Assembly (NCBI RefSeq): GCF_039654945.1
Contig: NW_027361723.1
Location: 2,852,001-2,916,000, forward strand
DNA: 64,000 bases
Reading direction: 5' to 3'
Source of the DNA: Dendrobates tinctorius
Lineage: Eukaryota
Part shown: positions 38,671-51,890 of the stretch, in pieces
Layout of the letters: each line of letters begins with the position of its first letter
How positions within the stretch are numbered: position 1 is the first letter of the stretch
Translations under genes and position numbers: made by a program
The notes under the pieces: model-generated
Databases searched by the model: none
The model's input: the letters and a program-made list of their open reading frames with translations, nothing else
What the model was told of the DNA's origin: nothing

Positions 38671-40181
38671 ACCCCAACTCCTGCTACATAATTAAGACAT
38701 GTACAACCTTATATTATACCCGGATATTAGCGTGTTTTACCGCATAATTGGTGGTCTGGTATTTAACTCTATGCAGCTACATAGTGGGCCCCAAGAATGA
38801 TTTTCTCTGGTGGGCCCAAGGTGTTCCAGTCCGACGCTGCTCGTACACATACGGCTCAAATCCGTACACCTTGCACACACGGCTCCACTCCGTACACAAA
38901 CAGCTCCGCTCCTCCATACACCTCATACACACACGGCTCTGCTACATCCACCCTGTAAATCAATCCTGAGCCCACACAGAAACTTCACCTCATCCAGCAC
39001 CATGACAACCAGCACAGCAGAGCCCTGTGCTGAAGCCCGTGATCATGTGACCCCCTGACTCCGCCCCTCTTGTGACCTCATCACAGGTCCTGTGCGCACA
39101 GAAAAGCTCAGGACGACATTGCTGGCTGTGAGGTGGGGGGCGCACTGCTGGCACCAGGTCCCTCAGCGGCCGGGCACCAGTGTAGGGAGATCGATTCTCC
39201 CTGCTCTGCTGCAGAATGTAACTGTATGGGTGCGCTGTGCACGCCGATACAGTTACAGTAGCATAGCTCAGTGGGCCCCTCAGAGTTCGGGGCCACTGCC
39301 CCCTCTGCCCCCCCGGTAGCTACGCTACTGAGCAAATCCCAATGAGGTGATTATTATGGGGGACTTCAACTACCCCGACATTGACTGGGAAACTGAAACC
39401 TGAGGATCTCAGAAAGGAAACCAATGTCTGTCAGTGACCGAGGATAATTATCTGTCACCACTTGTGCAGGGCCCAACTAGAGGGACGGCCCTTCTGGACT
39501 TAATGTTAAGCAACAGGCCAGATAGAATAACAGAAGTCCGAGTGGATGGCACCGAGGGAACAGTGACCACAATATAACACAATGCCACTTGTCCTTCAGT
39601 AAGGCGCCCTGGAAGGGGGCTACGAAAACGCTGAATTTCAGGAAAGCAAAGTGTGAGCAGCTTAGAGAGGACCTTCGCCGAATTGATTGGGACAATGTCC
39701 TCAAAAATAGGAGCACAGAAAATAAATGGGAAACATTTAAATCCGTTTTACACACCCACTGCGAGCTAGCCATACCGTACAGAAATAAAAGGGCTAGGAA
39801 CAGGAGAACACCAATGTGGCTAAATAAGGATGTAAAAAGGGCAATAAAGAACAAGAACAAGGCATTTAGGAAGCTAAAACAAGAAGACAATGAAGAAGCA
39901 TTAAAAAGTTATAGAGAAAAAATAAAATGTGTAAAAAACAAAACCATTTAGCAAAAGTGGAAACTGAGAGACACATTGCTAAGGAAAGTAAAACAAATCC
40001 CAAACTATTATTTAATTATATAAACAGTAAAAAGATTAAAATTGATGGTGTCGGCCCTTTAAAGAACAATGAGGGTGAAATCATAGAGAGCGATGTTGGA
40101 AAAGCAAATGTTTTAAATACTTTTTTCTCAACAGTGTTTACACAGGAAAAGGATTTGCCAGGGGAAATGCAGAGTGATAAT

Positions 40182-43100
40182 TAGAGTTGAGCGATACCGT
40201 CCGATACTTCAAAGTATCGTATCGGATGGTATCGGCCGATCTTTAAAAAAAGTATCGGTATCGCCGATTCCGATACCGGAAGTCCCATTCAAGTCTATGG
40301 GACTTCCGGTATCGGAATAAGAAAAACCCTTTCCTGCCCTTGTACAGCCTCTCTGGGGTCTGTATGGGCCTTTCGGGGGGCTGTGCCGGCCTGCCAGGGG
40401 GTCTGTGCAGGCTCCGGTGGTCTGTGCCGGCCTGCCGGGGGGCTGTGCAGGCTCCGGGGGGCTGTGCCGGCCTGCCGGGGGGCTGTGCCGGCCTGCCGGG
40501 GGGCTGTGTAGGCATCGTCCGATGGGACTACAAGTCCCATCGGGCGATGCCTGCTACCATGACAGTGATTGACACATTAGCCAATGATGGGACAGTAGTA
40601 GTCCCATCATCCGGCTAATGTGTTAAATGTAAAAAAAAAAAAAAAATTACATGCTACATACATACAACATGCATACTACATACATGCTACATTCATACTA
40701 CATGTATACTACATGCATGCTACATACATACTGCATGCTACATACATACCACATATATACTACATACATACTACATACATGCTACATTCATACTACATAC
40801 ATACCACATATATACTACATACATACTACATGCATACTACATAAATACTACATGCAACATACATACTACATATATACTACATGCATGCTACATACATACT
40901 ACATGCTACATACATACTACATGCATGCTACATACATACCACATACATAACACATATATACTACATGCATGCTACATTCATACTACATAAATACTACATG
41001 CAGCATACATACTACATATATACTACATGCATGCTACATACATGCTACATACATACTACATACATACCACATGCATGCTACATACATACTACATGCTACA
41101 TACATACCATATACATACTACATGCATGATACATACCACATACATAACACATATATACTACATGCATGCTACATACATACTACATGCTACATACATACCA
41201 TATACATACTACATGCATGCTACATACATACTACATGCTACATACATACTACATACATACTACATGCTACATACATACTACATGCTACATACATACTACA
41301 TGCTACATACATACTACATGCTACATACATACATACTACATGCATGCTACATACATACTACATGCTACATACTACATACAATACATTCATACAATACATA
41401 CATAGACATACAGTACATATAACATAGAGTAACATACTTACCAATACTTGTCACATTGTTCCCCGAAGCCATTGTCGTCTACGGAATAAATATTAACATA
41501 ACAAACCACAAAAATACTCACCCACGATCCGAAGCAGTCCACGAGTGTGTCCCACGACGATCTTGGGTAGAGAACTGCAGCATCAGCTGTTGCTGCCGTT
41601 CTCTACGGGCTGCAGGAATCCAATGACGGAAGGTAGGTATCCTTCCGCACTGTATTCCTCCGCCACTTAAAAAAAAAAAAAAGAAGTCCCTAGTCTCACT
41701 TTATGCCATTGCTGTGTGGGAATTTCCCACGCAGCAATGGCATAAAGTGAGACTAGGGACTTTTTTTTTTTTTTTAAGTGGCGGAGGAATACAGTGCGGA
41801 AGGATACCTACCTTCCGTCATTGGATTCCTGCAGCCCGTAGAGAACGGCAGCATCATCTGATGCTGCAGTTCTCTACCCAAGATCGTCGTGGGACACACT
41901 CGTGGACTGCTTCGGATCGTGGGTGAGTATTTTTGTGGTTTGTTATGTTAATATTTATTCCGTAGACGACAATGGCTTCGGGGAACAATGTGACAAGTAT
42001 TGGTAAGTATGTTACTCTATGTTATATGTACTGTATGTCTATGTATGTATTGTATGAATGTATTGTATGTATGTAGTATATATGTGGTATGTATGTAGCA
42101 TGTAGTATGTAGCATGTAGTATGTAGCATGCATGTAGCATGCATGTAGCATGCATGTAGCATGTAGTATGTATGTAGCATGTAGTATGTATGTAGCATGT
42201 AGTATGTATGTAGCATGTAGTATGTATGTAGCATGTAGTATGTATGTAGCATGTAGTATGTATGTAGCATGTAGTATGTATGTAGCATGTATGTGGCATG
42301 TAGTATGTATGTAGAATGCATGTAGTATGTATGTAGTATGTATGTAGTATGTAGCATGCATGTAGCATGCATGTAGCATGCATGTAGCATGCATGTAGCA
42401 TGCATGTAGCATGCATGTAGCATGCATGTAGCATGCATGTAGCATGCATGTAGCATGTATGCAGTATGTAGCATGCATGTAGTATGTATGTATGTAGCAT
42501 GCATGTAGTATGTATGTAGCATGCATGTAGTATGTATGTAGCATGCATGTAGTATGTATGTAGCATGCATGTAGTATGTATGTAGCATGCATGTAGTATG
42601 TATGTAGCATGCATGTAGTATGTATGTAGCATGCATGTAGTATGTATGTAGCATGCATGTAGTATGTATGTAGCATGCATGTAGTATGTATGTAGCATGC
42701 ATGTAGTATGTATGTAGCATGCATGTAGTATGTATGTAGCATGCATGTAGTATGTATGTAGCATGCATGTAGTATGTATGTAGCATGCATGTAGTATGTA
42801 TGTAGCATGCATGTAGTATGTATGTAGCATGCATGTAGTATGTATGTAGCATGCATGTAGCATGCATGTAGCATGCATGTAGCATGCATGTAGCATGCAT
42901 GTAGTATGCATGTAGCATGCATGTAGCATGCATGTAGCATGCATGTAGCATGCATGTAGCATGCATGTAGCATGCATGTAGCATGCATGTAGCATGCATG
43001 TAGTATTTATGTAGTATTTTTTTTTTTTTTAACATTTAACACATTAGCCGGATGATGGGACTACTACTGTTCCATCATTGGCTAATGTGTCAATCACTGT

Positions 43101-43670
43101 CATGGTAGCAGGCATCGCCCGATGGGACTTGTAGTCCCATCGGACGATGCCTGCACAGCCCCCCGGACATCAGCACAGCCCCCCGGCAGGCTGGCACAGA
43201 CCCCCGGCAGGCCGGTACAGACCCCCACAGGGTGCACAGCCCCCCGGCAGGCCGGCACAGCCCCCCGGCAGGCCGGCACAGCCCCCCGGCAGGCCGGCAC
43301 AGCCCCCCACAGGGTGCACAGACCACCGGCAGGCCGGCACAGCCCCCCGGCAGGCCGGTACAGACCCCCACAGGGTGCACAGACCACCGGCAGGCCGGCA
43401 CAGCCCCCCGGCAGGCCGGTACAGACCCCGGGCAGGCCACACAGCCCCCCGGCAGGCCGGCACAGCCCCCCGGCAGGCCCGAAATGACGGCGCATCATGA
43501 TGCGCACACACCGCGCATCATGATGACGTCAGGCCGTCAATCAACTTTGAACTTCCGATTCCGATGCCGAATTCCGATATTGAAAAAATATCGGAAGTCG
43601 GTATCGGAATTCCGATACAGCAAGTATCGGCCGATACCCGATACTTGCGGTATCGGAATGCTCAACACTA
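40182..43670. mobile_element. Fold-back non-autonomous hAT copy 2 (3489 bp, opposite orientation to copy 1), TSD GTGATAAT
   Basis: GTGATAAT|TAGAGTTGAGCG ... GCTCAACACTA|GTGATAAT; palindrome centre at ~41723. Confidence 0.95.
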
Positions 43671-45404
43671 GTGATAATGTAAACTCCCCATTAAGTATTA
43701 CCTGCCTAACCCAGGAAGAAGTGCAGAACCGCCTTAGTAAGATTAAAACGGACAAATCACCAGGCCCTGATGGCATTCACCCTCGGGTATTAAGGGAGTT
43801 AAGTAATGTGATAGACAGGCCTCTATTCCTTATATTTAAAGACTCTATAGAAGCAGGGTCTGTTCCTTTTGATTGGCGGCAAGCAAATGTGGTACCAATA
43901 TTCAAAAAGGGGTGTAAAAGGGAACCTGGAAACTATAGGCCGGTAAGCTGAACATCTGTTGTGGGTAAAATGTTTGAAGGGTTTCTAAGGGAAACCATTA
44001 TGGAATATCTCAATGTTAATAAATGTTTAACTCCATATCAACATGGATTTATGAAGGATCGCTCCTGTCAAACTAACCTGATCAGCTTCTATGAGGATGT
44101 AAGCTCTCAAATGGACCAAGGAGAATCATTGGATGTCATTTATCTCGACTTCTCTAAAGCATGTGACACTGTCCCACATAAAAGATTGGTAAGTAAGAGG
44201 AGAAAGCTTGGGCTAGGGGAAAATGTGTGTAGATGGGTAGGTAGCTGGCTCAGTGATAGAAAACAAAGAGTGGTTATTAATGGGGCATCCTCAGATTGGG
44301 CCAGGGTTACTAGTGGGGTACCACAGGGGTCTGTATTGGGCCCCCTACTATTTAATATATTTATTAATGATCTAGTGGATGGCTTACACAGTAACATATC
44401 AGTATTTGCAGATGATACAAAAATATGTAAGGGAGTTAACACAAAGGAGGAAAGTTTGCAACTACAGACAGATTTGAGTAAATTGGAGAATTGGGCTGAA
44501 AAATGGCAAATTAGGTTTAACACAGATAAGTGTAAGGTTATGCACATGGGAAGGAGAAACAGATGCTACAATTACTTACTAAATGGGAAACTGCTGGGGA
44601 AATCAGACGTGGAAAAAGACTTAGGCATCTAAGTCATTAAGAAGCTAAATTGGAGTGCCCAGTGTCAGGCAGCTGCCACCAAAGCAAATAGGGTCATGGG
44701 AGGCATTAGAAGAGGTCTGGGGACACGAGATGAAAACATAATTCTCCCTCCGTACAAATCACTCGTCAGACCACACTTGGAGGATTGTGTGCAATTTTGG
44801 ACGCCGGTGCTCAAGAATGACATTACTGAACTTGAAAGGGTTCAAAGGCGGCAACTAAAATGATAAATGGAGTTGGTTCACTACAATACCCAGAAAGGTT
44901 ATCAAAATTAGGTCTATTTACTCTAGAAAAGAGAAGACTTAGGGGAGACTTAATATATATGTACAAGTATATCAGAGGGCAATACAGAGATCTCTCCAAT
45001 GAACTGTTTGTACCAAGGACTGTGACAAGAACAAGGGGGCATTCTCTTCGTTTGGAGGAAAGACAATTTCTGCACCAGCATAGAAGAGGGTTCTTCACAG
45101 TAAGAGCAGTGAGGCTCTGGAATTCTCTTCCTGAGAAAGTGGTGATGGCCAACTCACTGAATGAATGTAAGAAAGGAATGGAGGCTTTTCTTGTGAGTAA
45201 CAGTATAGAAGGTTACAAATAACAGAATATTACAGGTAGATGGTTGACCCAGCTTAGGGGAAGGAATTTTTTTCCCTATGGAGAAAATTGGCTTCTACTC
45301 TGTGGGTTTTTTGCCTTCCCCAGGATCAACAATGCAGTAAAAATAGGCTGAACTAGAGGGACATAAGGTCTTCCTTCAGCCTTCAAAACTATGTTACTAT
45401 GTAA

Positions 45405-45725
45405 TGTTACTGGTGATCACTGTATTACCTGTACACTGACACTATATACAGAGCTCCTGTGTATAATGTCACCAGTGATCACTGTATTATCTGTACACTG
45501 ACACTATATACAGAGCTCCTGTGTACAGTGTCACCAGTGATCACTGTATTACCTGTACACTGACACTATACACAGAGCTCCTGTGTATAATGTCACCAGT
45601 GATCACTGTATTATCTGTACACTGACACTATATACAGAGCTCCTGTGTACAGTGTCACCAGTGATCACTGTATTACCTGTACACTGACACTATATACAGA
45701 GCTCCTGTATATAATGTCACTGGTG
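45405..45725. repeat. 62-bp tandem repeat x5
   Basis: GATCACTGTATT recurs at 45415, 45477, 45539, 45601 and 45663. Confidence 0.92.
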
Positions 45726-46361
45726 GTAATAACAGTGCTGCTAGTGTCATGGTTTGCATTCATGATCAGTATGTGGTCTGGAGGTGGTGATATTTCTTCT
45801 TGTATGTGGCATTATTGGTCTCGGTATAGTGGACTGTGTTATATATGGCGGTCATTTTTTCTCTCAGATGTTGATTAGAAGAAGAATTTTAAAGTATATA
45901 ATCACTAATGGCAATTGGTACACAGAGGCTGAGATGCACTTATAGAATTTCTCCAGTGAAAAAAGTAATAAATTCAACAGGATAAGCGATAACATACTGA
46001 TTGATGGGGTCTGACTGCTTGGACTGACACCGATCGACAAAATGTGGAGCTTTGATCCCCATTAGATTGGATCTCATGTGAAACTTGATGACTGATCCAT
46101 TCATTGTCTCAGTGACTGCACTTGTTTTTTCTTAATGCCCCAAAAAGAATGAATGGAGGTGCGGTCAGACATCTCACCTGCTGCTGCATTTTCAAATGGG
46201 GAAAAAACGTCCTCATTCTTCCAATCGGTGCAGTTTCTAATGGTCGGACAGAAGTGATCACCTATCCTGTGGAGCCCAGGGATCAGTGAACTTAACAGCA
46301 AAGCCACAAAAAGAGGATTGAAAATCCTCCAAAAATTCAAGAATACAGGAGAAAATGGTCA

Positions 46362-47116
46362 TCAGTACTTACCTGCCCAGGTCTCAGAACAAACTCCCTC
46401 TCAGGATGCAGCAGAGCCTTGTAGTTAAGATGGCGGCAACACAGGTGCAGAATACTGATGAGACCACTCCCAACCCATGGAGGGGGGATTGTTAGTATTA
46501 GATTGCACAGAATCTGCTTGTACAGGGCGCTGGTCACACACAGGTAATGCACGGTGTCCGGCTTACAGCATATTAGTGACGCCCCTACTATTAGATCAGG
46601 CGGCTGAACCCGGAAAAATGAGGTGCAAAAAATACACAGAAACATGTAAGGTATTGGCCGATATTTTGGCCAAGATATACAAGCTCGCAGCCACGTCAGG
46701 GCTCCTCACGCTCGCGCGTCCTAACACTAAACTTAAAAGCAAAGCCACAAAAAGAGGACGAAAAATTTCTTTGTATTTTTTGCACCTTATTTTTCCGGGT
46801 GCGGCAAGGCCCAGAATTTTTGGCCTTGTAAACTGTGGTGTCTGTTCACTTGGGATGCATGTAGATAGTGCTGGGCAGCCGCCTGATCTAATAGTCGGGG
46901 CGTCACTAATGGGCTCTAATCCGGACACTGTGCATTACCTGTGTGTGACCAGAGCCCGGTACAAGCAGATTCTGTGCAATGTAAAACTAAGCAATCCCCC
47001 CTCCAAGGATTGGGAGTGGTTGTCTCATCAGGACCTGTGTTGCCGCCATCTTTGCTATATGGGTCTGCTGCACCCTGTAGTGCATTTGCTCAGAGACCTG
47101 GGCAGGTGAGCACTGC
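46362..47116. repeat. Old fold-back element with ~250-bp diverged inverted arms
   Basis: 46362-46606 is the imperfect reverse complement of 46876-47116. Confidence 0.75.
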
Positions 47117-47259
47117 TGACCCCTTTCTGCTGTACTAACCCATGGATCAGTGACAACTTGTTTTGACAAAAGAACCCCTTTAATGCAAACTACCGTAATT
47201 CTGACCCCAGTTCAGGGGGCGCACAGTAGATGTGTATTACAGTTGACGCTTCACTATAA

Positions 47260-47394
47260 GGCTGTGTGCACACGCTGCGGATTCTGCTGCGGTTTGCCAT
47301 TTGCTCCATTGTAGAGATGATAAACCACAGAGCAATCCGCAATAAATCTGTGCGGACAAATCCACAGAGCATTCCGCAGCGTGTGCACTCACCC
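47260..47394. mobile_element. Small Harbinger-type MITE (135 bp) with TAA TSD
   Basis: TAA|GGCTGTGTGCACACGCTGCGGA ... TCCGCAGCGTGTGCACTCACCC|TAA. Confidence 0.85.
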
Positions 47395-48010
47395 TAACAG
47401 GGATAACAGCTTACATGCATTTGCCTATTACTGTAGGGTGGGCCCCACTATGACCCTACTCAGAGCCCAAGGCTCCAGGGTCCCATGGCCAGATTGTACC
47501 CATCATAAGCCTCATATGGGACAGGGAGGGGCCGCGAGCTGACAGTGTCTGCCCCTGGGTCACTGTACAGCACTGATCACAGGGGCATTATTGACCAAGG
47601 CAACATAATGAACTGTGGATCACCAGGATACAGAGGAAGACAAAATGTCCCGTGACGTCACACACCAACTGTATCTGGGGGAAAGGACCCTCTCAAAGAC
47701 GGGTGAGGGGCGAGATTTTGTTTCTGATCCTCAGATCTGCCACTAGGGGGCAATGAATCGCACAGTGCGGCCAATATGTGCGCTAATCTCGCCCCTCCCC
47801 CCGTGTGGTCACTGCAGAGAACAGCTCATTACAGGAAGCTAGCAGGAATCCCGCACTGTCTGCCGCATAGGAGCTGTCGTCACATCCACCCTCTCGTCTC
47901 CACATCCAGATATCACACACAAGGCCCGGATATGTTATTATCACTACACAACTCATCACGCATCACTGAGGAGAGAGAAAGAAAGGGGGAGCTGCACACA
48001 TGTGATCAGC

Positions 48011-48105
48011 CAATCAGTGAAAGGTGAGGGAGGAGCCGGTAATGCGGCACGCCCCATAGTCATCACTGAGTAGTTTTCACTCAGGTCCGCTCACCCTCTA
48101 TATAA
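48011..48105 (+). promoter_or_regulatory. H4 promoter: CCAAT, H4 subtype element (TTTTCA..C.GGTCCG), TATA
   Basis: CCAAT 48011, TTTTCACTCAGGTCCG 48074-48089 (HiNF-P site II-like), TATATAA 48099-48105. Confidence 0.75.
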
Positions 48106-48150
48106 GGAGGACTCCGCGCTGGTTTCTACAGTCATCTGAAGATTTCCTGA

Positions 48151-48465
<315 letters not shown>

Positions 48466-48495
48466 TGCGTCTCCGCTCCATCCTCACCCCCCAAA

Positions 48496-48511
48496 GGCTC
48501 TTATCAGAGCC
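48496..48511 (+). terminator. H4 3' stem-loop
   Basis: GGCTCTTATCAGAGCC with AAAAAGCT downstream. Confidence 0.93.
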
Positions 48512-48982
48512 GCCCACATCTACTAAGAAAAAGCTATGATCTCCGCTGTGTGATGTGGCCACGGAGGGAGATTGCGGGTATTTTGTGGTGTTATGTGACA
48601 TCAGCGGTTAAAACAGATGGTTACCTGGATATACAGCGCTATATGGGTCATGAATTGCTGTATGGATGAAATATCTAGAGCGCTTTATAGAGGCTACATC
48701 ACAGTATAGATATTTACTGCACTCTGAGGGTACACTGCAGTGTATTAATGGGAGTCGTAGCTATATAGCGGGTATTGAGCATTAAATGGCCGCAAACAGC
48801 CATTTTTTTTTTTTTTTTTTATCTAGTTCTATATGGAAGGTTTACAGCTGTGTGTGGGGGTTCTGCATTACAGGAGGTTTGCAGCCCTGTACACAGCAGT
48901 ATATCGAGCTTCACAGCGCTATTTAGATGAATACAGCACTATAGGGGGTGTTAATGATTCTCCGCTCCATCCTCACCCCCCA

Positions 48983-48998
48983 GGCTCTTCTCAGAGCC
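48983..48998 (+). terminator. Orphan histone stem-loop in a duplicated H4 3' UTR
   Basis: GGCTCTTCTCAGAGCC within a copy of the H4 stop/3' UTR (GTTAATG..TCTCCGCTCCATCCTCACCCCCCA). Confidence 0.75.
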
Positions 48999-50079
48999 GC
49001 CCACATGTGTCCTGGAGAAGCGACAATTCCTGGTATCGGATGATTGAGGTGAGGGAGTTGGGTCAGATCCTATTTCTCAGGATCGGTGTAAATCCAGTGC
49101 GGAGCGGTCACATCCTGTACCGGTGACTCTGCGCCCCCTTATTAGTGGCGGCTTCCCGGTGTCCAGCGCCTGCATCTCATCACTGTCTCCCTCCTCATTT
49201 ACCATCTACATGTGGACACTGACCGTGACTTCCTGACTGCTCCTAATACCGTGGACTGTGCGGCTCCAGCCGGCAGCGCTCTCCTGTGCCGGGGCTGATG
49301 GATGCAGCCGGACATTAGCGGCTCGTTCCCCTCATGACGGGGGAGGCTGCTTGTGTCTTTTCTTATTTATCAGTAACCGGAGCCTGAAGGGAGAACAGAG
49401 GGGAAATCCGCCCCCGTAGTGTACAGCGCCGTCATCCGAGCCCGGCGGACCGGAGAGAGGACTGGAGATGACGCAGGTCCGGAGCCGGTGTATTGCGGAG
49501 TGTGGGAGCTCCATCCTCCAGAGGAGGAGACGTCTCGCATACAAGATGCCTACATAAAATATCCATAACTGTGATTGGTGAGATAATGAGCAGCCGGCAC
49601 CGGTCTGGGGAGTGAGGGGTTAATACAGTCTCACTTTACCGCAAGGTCCACAGGAATAATGGCCGCTCACTCCTGACAGTGATCGGGAAATGGTGTCTCT
49701 TCCACAAGCAGAGCACAGTCACTGAAGGGTTAATGATCGAGCGCCGAGAACACGACTGAGCGGGAGATTCAAATCATCAAACGGATCTAAAGCCCCGCCC
49801 ACAGGAATCGACCAATCACCGTGCTTTCTCCTCCGTTTAACCCCTTATTGCTCCTGTGTCTGCTGCTCGTCATTTCCCCGTGCTCAGCACATCGGGCTCC
49901 TCCTGGTAGAACATGTGCGGATTGTATCATCCGATCTGTGCTGGATGCGGAGCCCACACGGAGCCGCCCTTGTATAAGGTTACCAGTTCTCCGTGTGGCG
50001 TCCGCTCCGATCACTGCTGGAAGCGGAGTTGACACAGATCAGCCCTGGAGCTGCGGGCACTAGGATTGCAAAAATATAC

Positions 50080-50620
50080 ACCCCCACTACGGTGCTGTAC
50101 ATCCACCATCCTCCCTACTAGGTGGTATACAGCACTACAAAGGCTACATGTGCTGTATACTCCCCATCTAGTGCTGCATTTCTCCTCTATAAACCTGTGT
50201 CATCTACAGAACACCCGCATATAGTGCTGGATACCCTCCATACAGTAACTGAGGATAAGGTAGTGCTGATACCTACATATATCGCTGTATGCCCCCATAT
50301 ATAGCTAAATACTCTCCAGAAAGTGCTGTGGGCCCTCCATATTGTTCTTTATCCCATCATATATCGCTGTATACCCCCATGTAGTGCTGTAAGCTGCCAA
50401 ATACTGTTATGTACCGACATATTGTGCTGTATAACCTTCAAGTAGTATTGTATACCGCCATATAGTGCTGACAACCCTCCATATAGTATCGTAGTCTAGA
50501 ATATAGTGCTGTATACTCCCCTTATATTAGGGTACACCCTCATTGACGGCTGTACTCCCCCATAGAGGGACGCGTACCCTCCATATAGCGCTGTATATTC
50601 CACACATCAGATATTCTGGA
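50080..50620. repeat. Degenerate ~21-bp minisatellite (CCCCCATATAGTGCTGTATA-like)
   Basis: Recurring ATATAGTGCTGTATAC variants. Confidence 0.6.
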
Positions 50621-51224
50621 CTCCGCGCTCCTGATCCACAGGCCCACACACTGGATATATATAGGCCAGAAGCTGCAGGGAGCGGAGCCGCCGTCTGTGT
50701 CTCCTTCCGACCTCTCAGCAGCTCCAGGTCGTTCTCCCATCGTCCAATCAGCTTCCTGCACGGTACAGATTGTGGTACAGATCCCTGTGATAGTGACAGG
50801 TGCCGGGAACAGAAGGAGCGAGCTCCCGCAGCAGATTCATCTTCCCCGATACAGAATGATGTGCGGCCAGGAGGACTATGGGGAGATTCCGGGGCTCTTC
50901 CCGGCTCCTTACTGCCTCCTCCGCCAGTGACGGCTATAGACATGTGGGGGAGATGTCAGTGAGGAGGAGGACACTGACACAGCGGCTCTGCTGCCCGGTC
51001 CTGACCGGTAATGGTCGCTTATCCCGGGCAAGGAAGCACAAGGGGAGAGCGGAGCTTCACCTGGCTCAGACAGGAGGGGCGGGGCATGTGACCAGTGTCA
51101 GCCAATAGAAGCTCAGGAGGGGCAGCCAATCAGTGCGCAGTGTGACTGTATATATTTGAGGCGGCTCCTGCTTCGGCTTTTGTAATTTTTCTTTCAGCAC
51201 TTTGTGTTTGTTCTTGATTATATG

Positions 51225-51845
51225 ATGGCAGAGACCGCGCCAGCCGCCGCTCCTCCTCCTCCTGCCGAACCGGCCACCAAATCCAAGAAGCAGCCGAAAA
51301 AATCCTCCGCAGGGGGCGCCAAGAAGAGCAAAAAGCCTTCTGGCCCCAGCGTGTCCGAGCTGATCGTCAAAGCCGTGTCTGCTTCCAAGGAGCGCAGCGG
51401 GGTGTCTCTGGCCGCCCTGAAGAAGGCTCTGGCTGCTGGAGGGTACGATGTGGAGAGGAATAACAGCCGCCTGAAGCTGGCCGTCAGGGGTCTGGTCACC
51501 AAGGGCACCCTGCTCCAGGTTAAGGGCAGCGGCGCCTCCGGGTCATTCAAGCTGAACAAGAAGCAGGAGACCAAGGACAAGAAGAAGCAGGCGCCTGCAG
51601 CCAAAGCCAAGAAACCAGCAGCCAAGAAAGCTGCAAAATCCCCGAAGAAGCCCAAGAAGAGCCCGAAAAAGGCCAAGAAGCCCGCAGCGGCCAAAAAAGC
51701 AGTTAAGAGCCCCAAAAAGCCGAAGGCTGCTCCGAAGCCCAAGAAGGTGACAAAGAGCCCCGCTAAGAAGGCGGCGAAACCCAAAGCTGCCAGGAGTCCG
51801 GCTAAGAAGGCGGCTAAAGCCAAGAAGCCCGCGGCCAAGAAATAA
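51225..51845 (+). CDS. H1: Linker histone H1 (somatic, replication-dependent; tandem ATG at 51222/51225)
   Basis: MAETAPAA..., globular domain [21 protein letters not shown], Lys/Ala/Pro tail with SPKK motifs; GC box, two CCAAT and TATATAT upstream. Confidence 0.97.
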   Translation: MAETAPAAAPPPPAEPATKSKKQPKKSSAGGAKKSKKPSGPSVSELIVKAVSASKERSGVSLAALKKALAAGGYDVERNNSRLKLAVRGLVTKGTLLQVKGSGASGSFKLNKKQETKDKKKQAPAAKAKKPAAKKAAKSPKKPKKSPKKAKKPAAAKKAVKSPKKPKAAPKPKKVTKSPAKKAAKPKAARSPAKKAAKAKKPAAKK

Positions 51846-51874
51846 GCGGAGCCGCCCTGTCCTCATCCCACAAA

Positions 51875-51890
51875 GGCTCTTATCAGAGCC
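51875..51890 (+). terminator. H1 3' stem-loop
   Basis: GGCTCTTATCAGAGCC followed by ACCA. Confidence 0.93.

Larger units (their letters stand above)
34383..38839. mobile_element. Non-autonomous hAT, TIR CAGCGTCGGACTGG, TSD CTCGTACA
   Basis: Perfect 14-bp TIRs and an 8-bp TSD at 34375-34382 and 38840-38847. Confidence 0.93.
29057..39330. mobile_element. Non-autonomous hAT (10.3 kb including nested inserts), 8-bp TSD AGCAAATC
   Basis: AGCAAATC|CAGAGGTGTAGCTA ... TAGCTACGCTACTG|AGCAAATC. Confidence 0.9.
28749..45410 (+). mobile_element. CR1 LINE A (ORF2 pseudogene split by nested insertions; own sequence 28749-29056, 39339-40181, 43679-45410)
   Basis: APE motifs GITETW and IMGDFNYPD resume across TSDs; RT motifs KSPGPDG, YLDFSKA, GVPQGSVLGP, FADD; ATGTTACT-type tail at ~45390; stops and frameshifts present. 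Confidence 0.92.

Noticed and set aside
31256-43035. Long His/Tyr/Met-rich ORFs (MLHTYY..., up to 337 aa) and Pro/Gly/Arg-rich ORFs
   Set aside because: Stop-free translations of micro- and minisatellites, open in all three frames.
46364-46382. U1 snRNA-like start (TACTTACCTG)
   Set aside because: No further U1 similarity or Sm site; it is a 5' splice-site consensus on the opposite strand.
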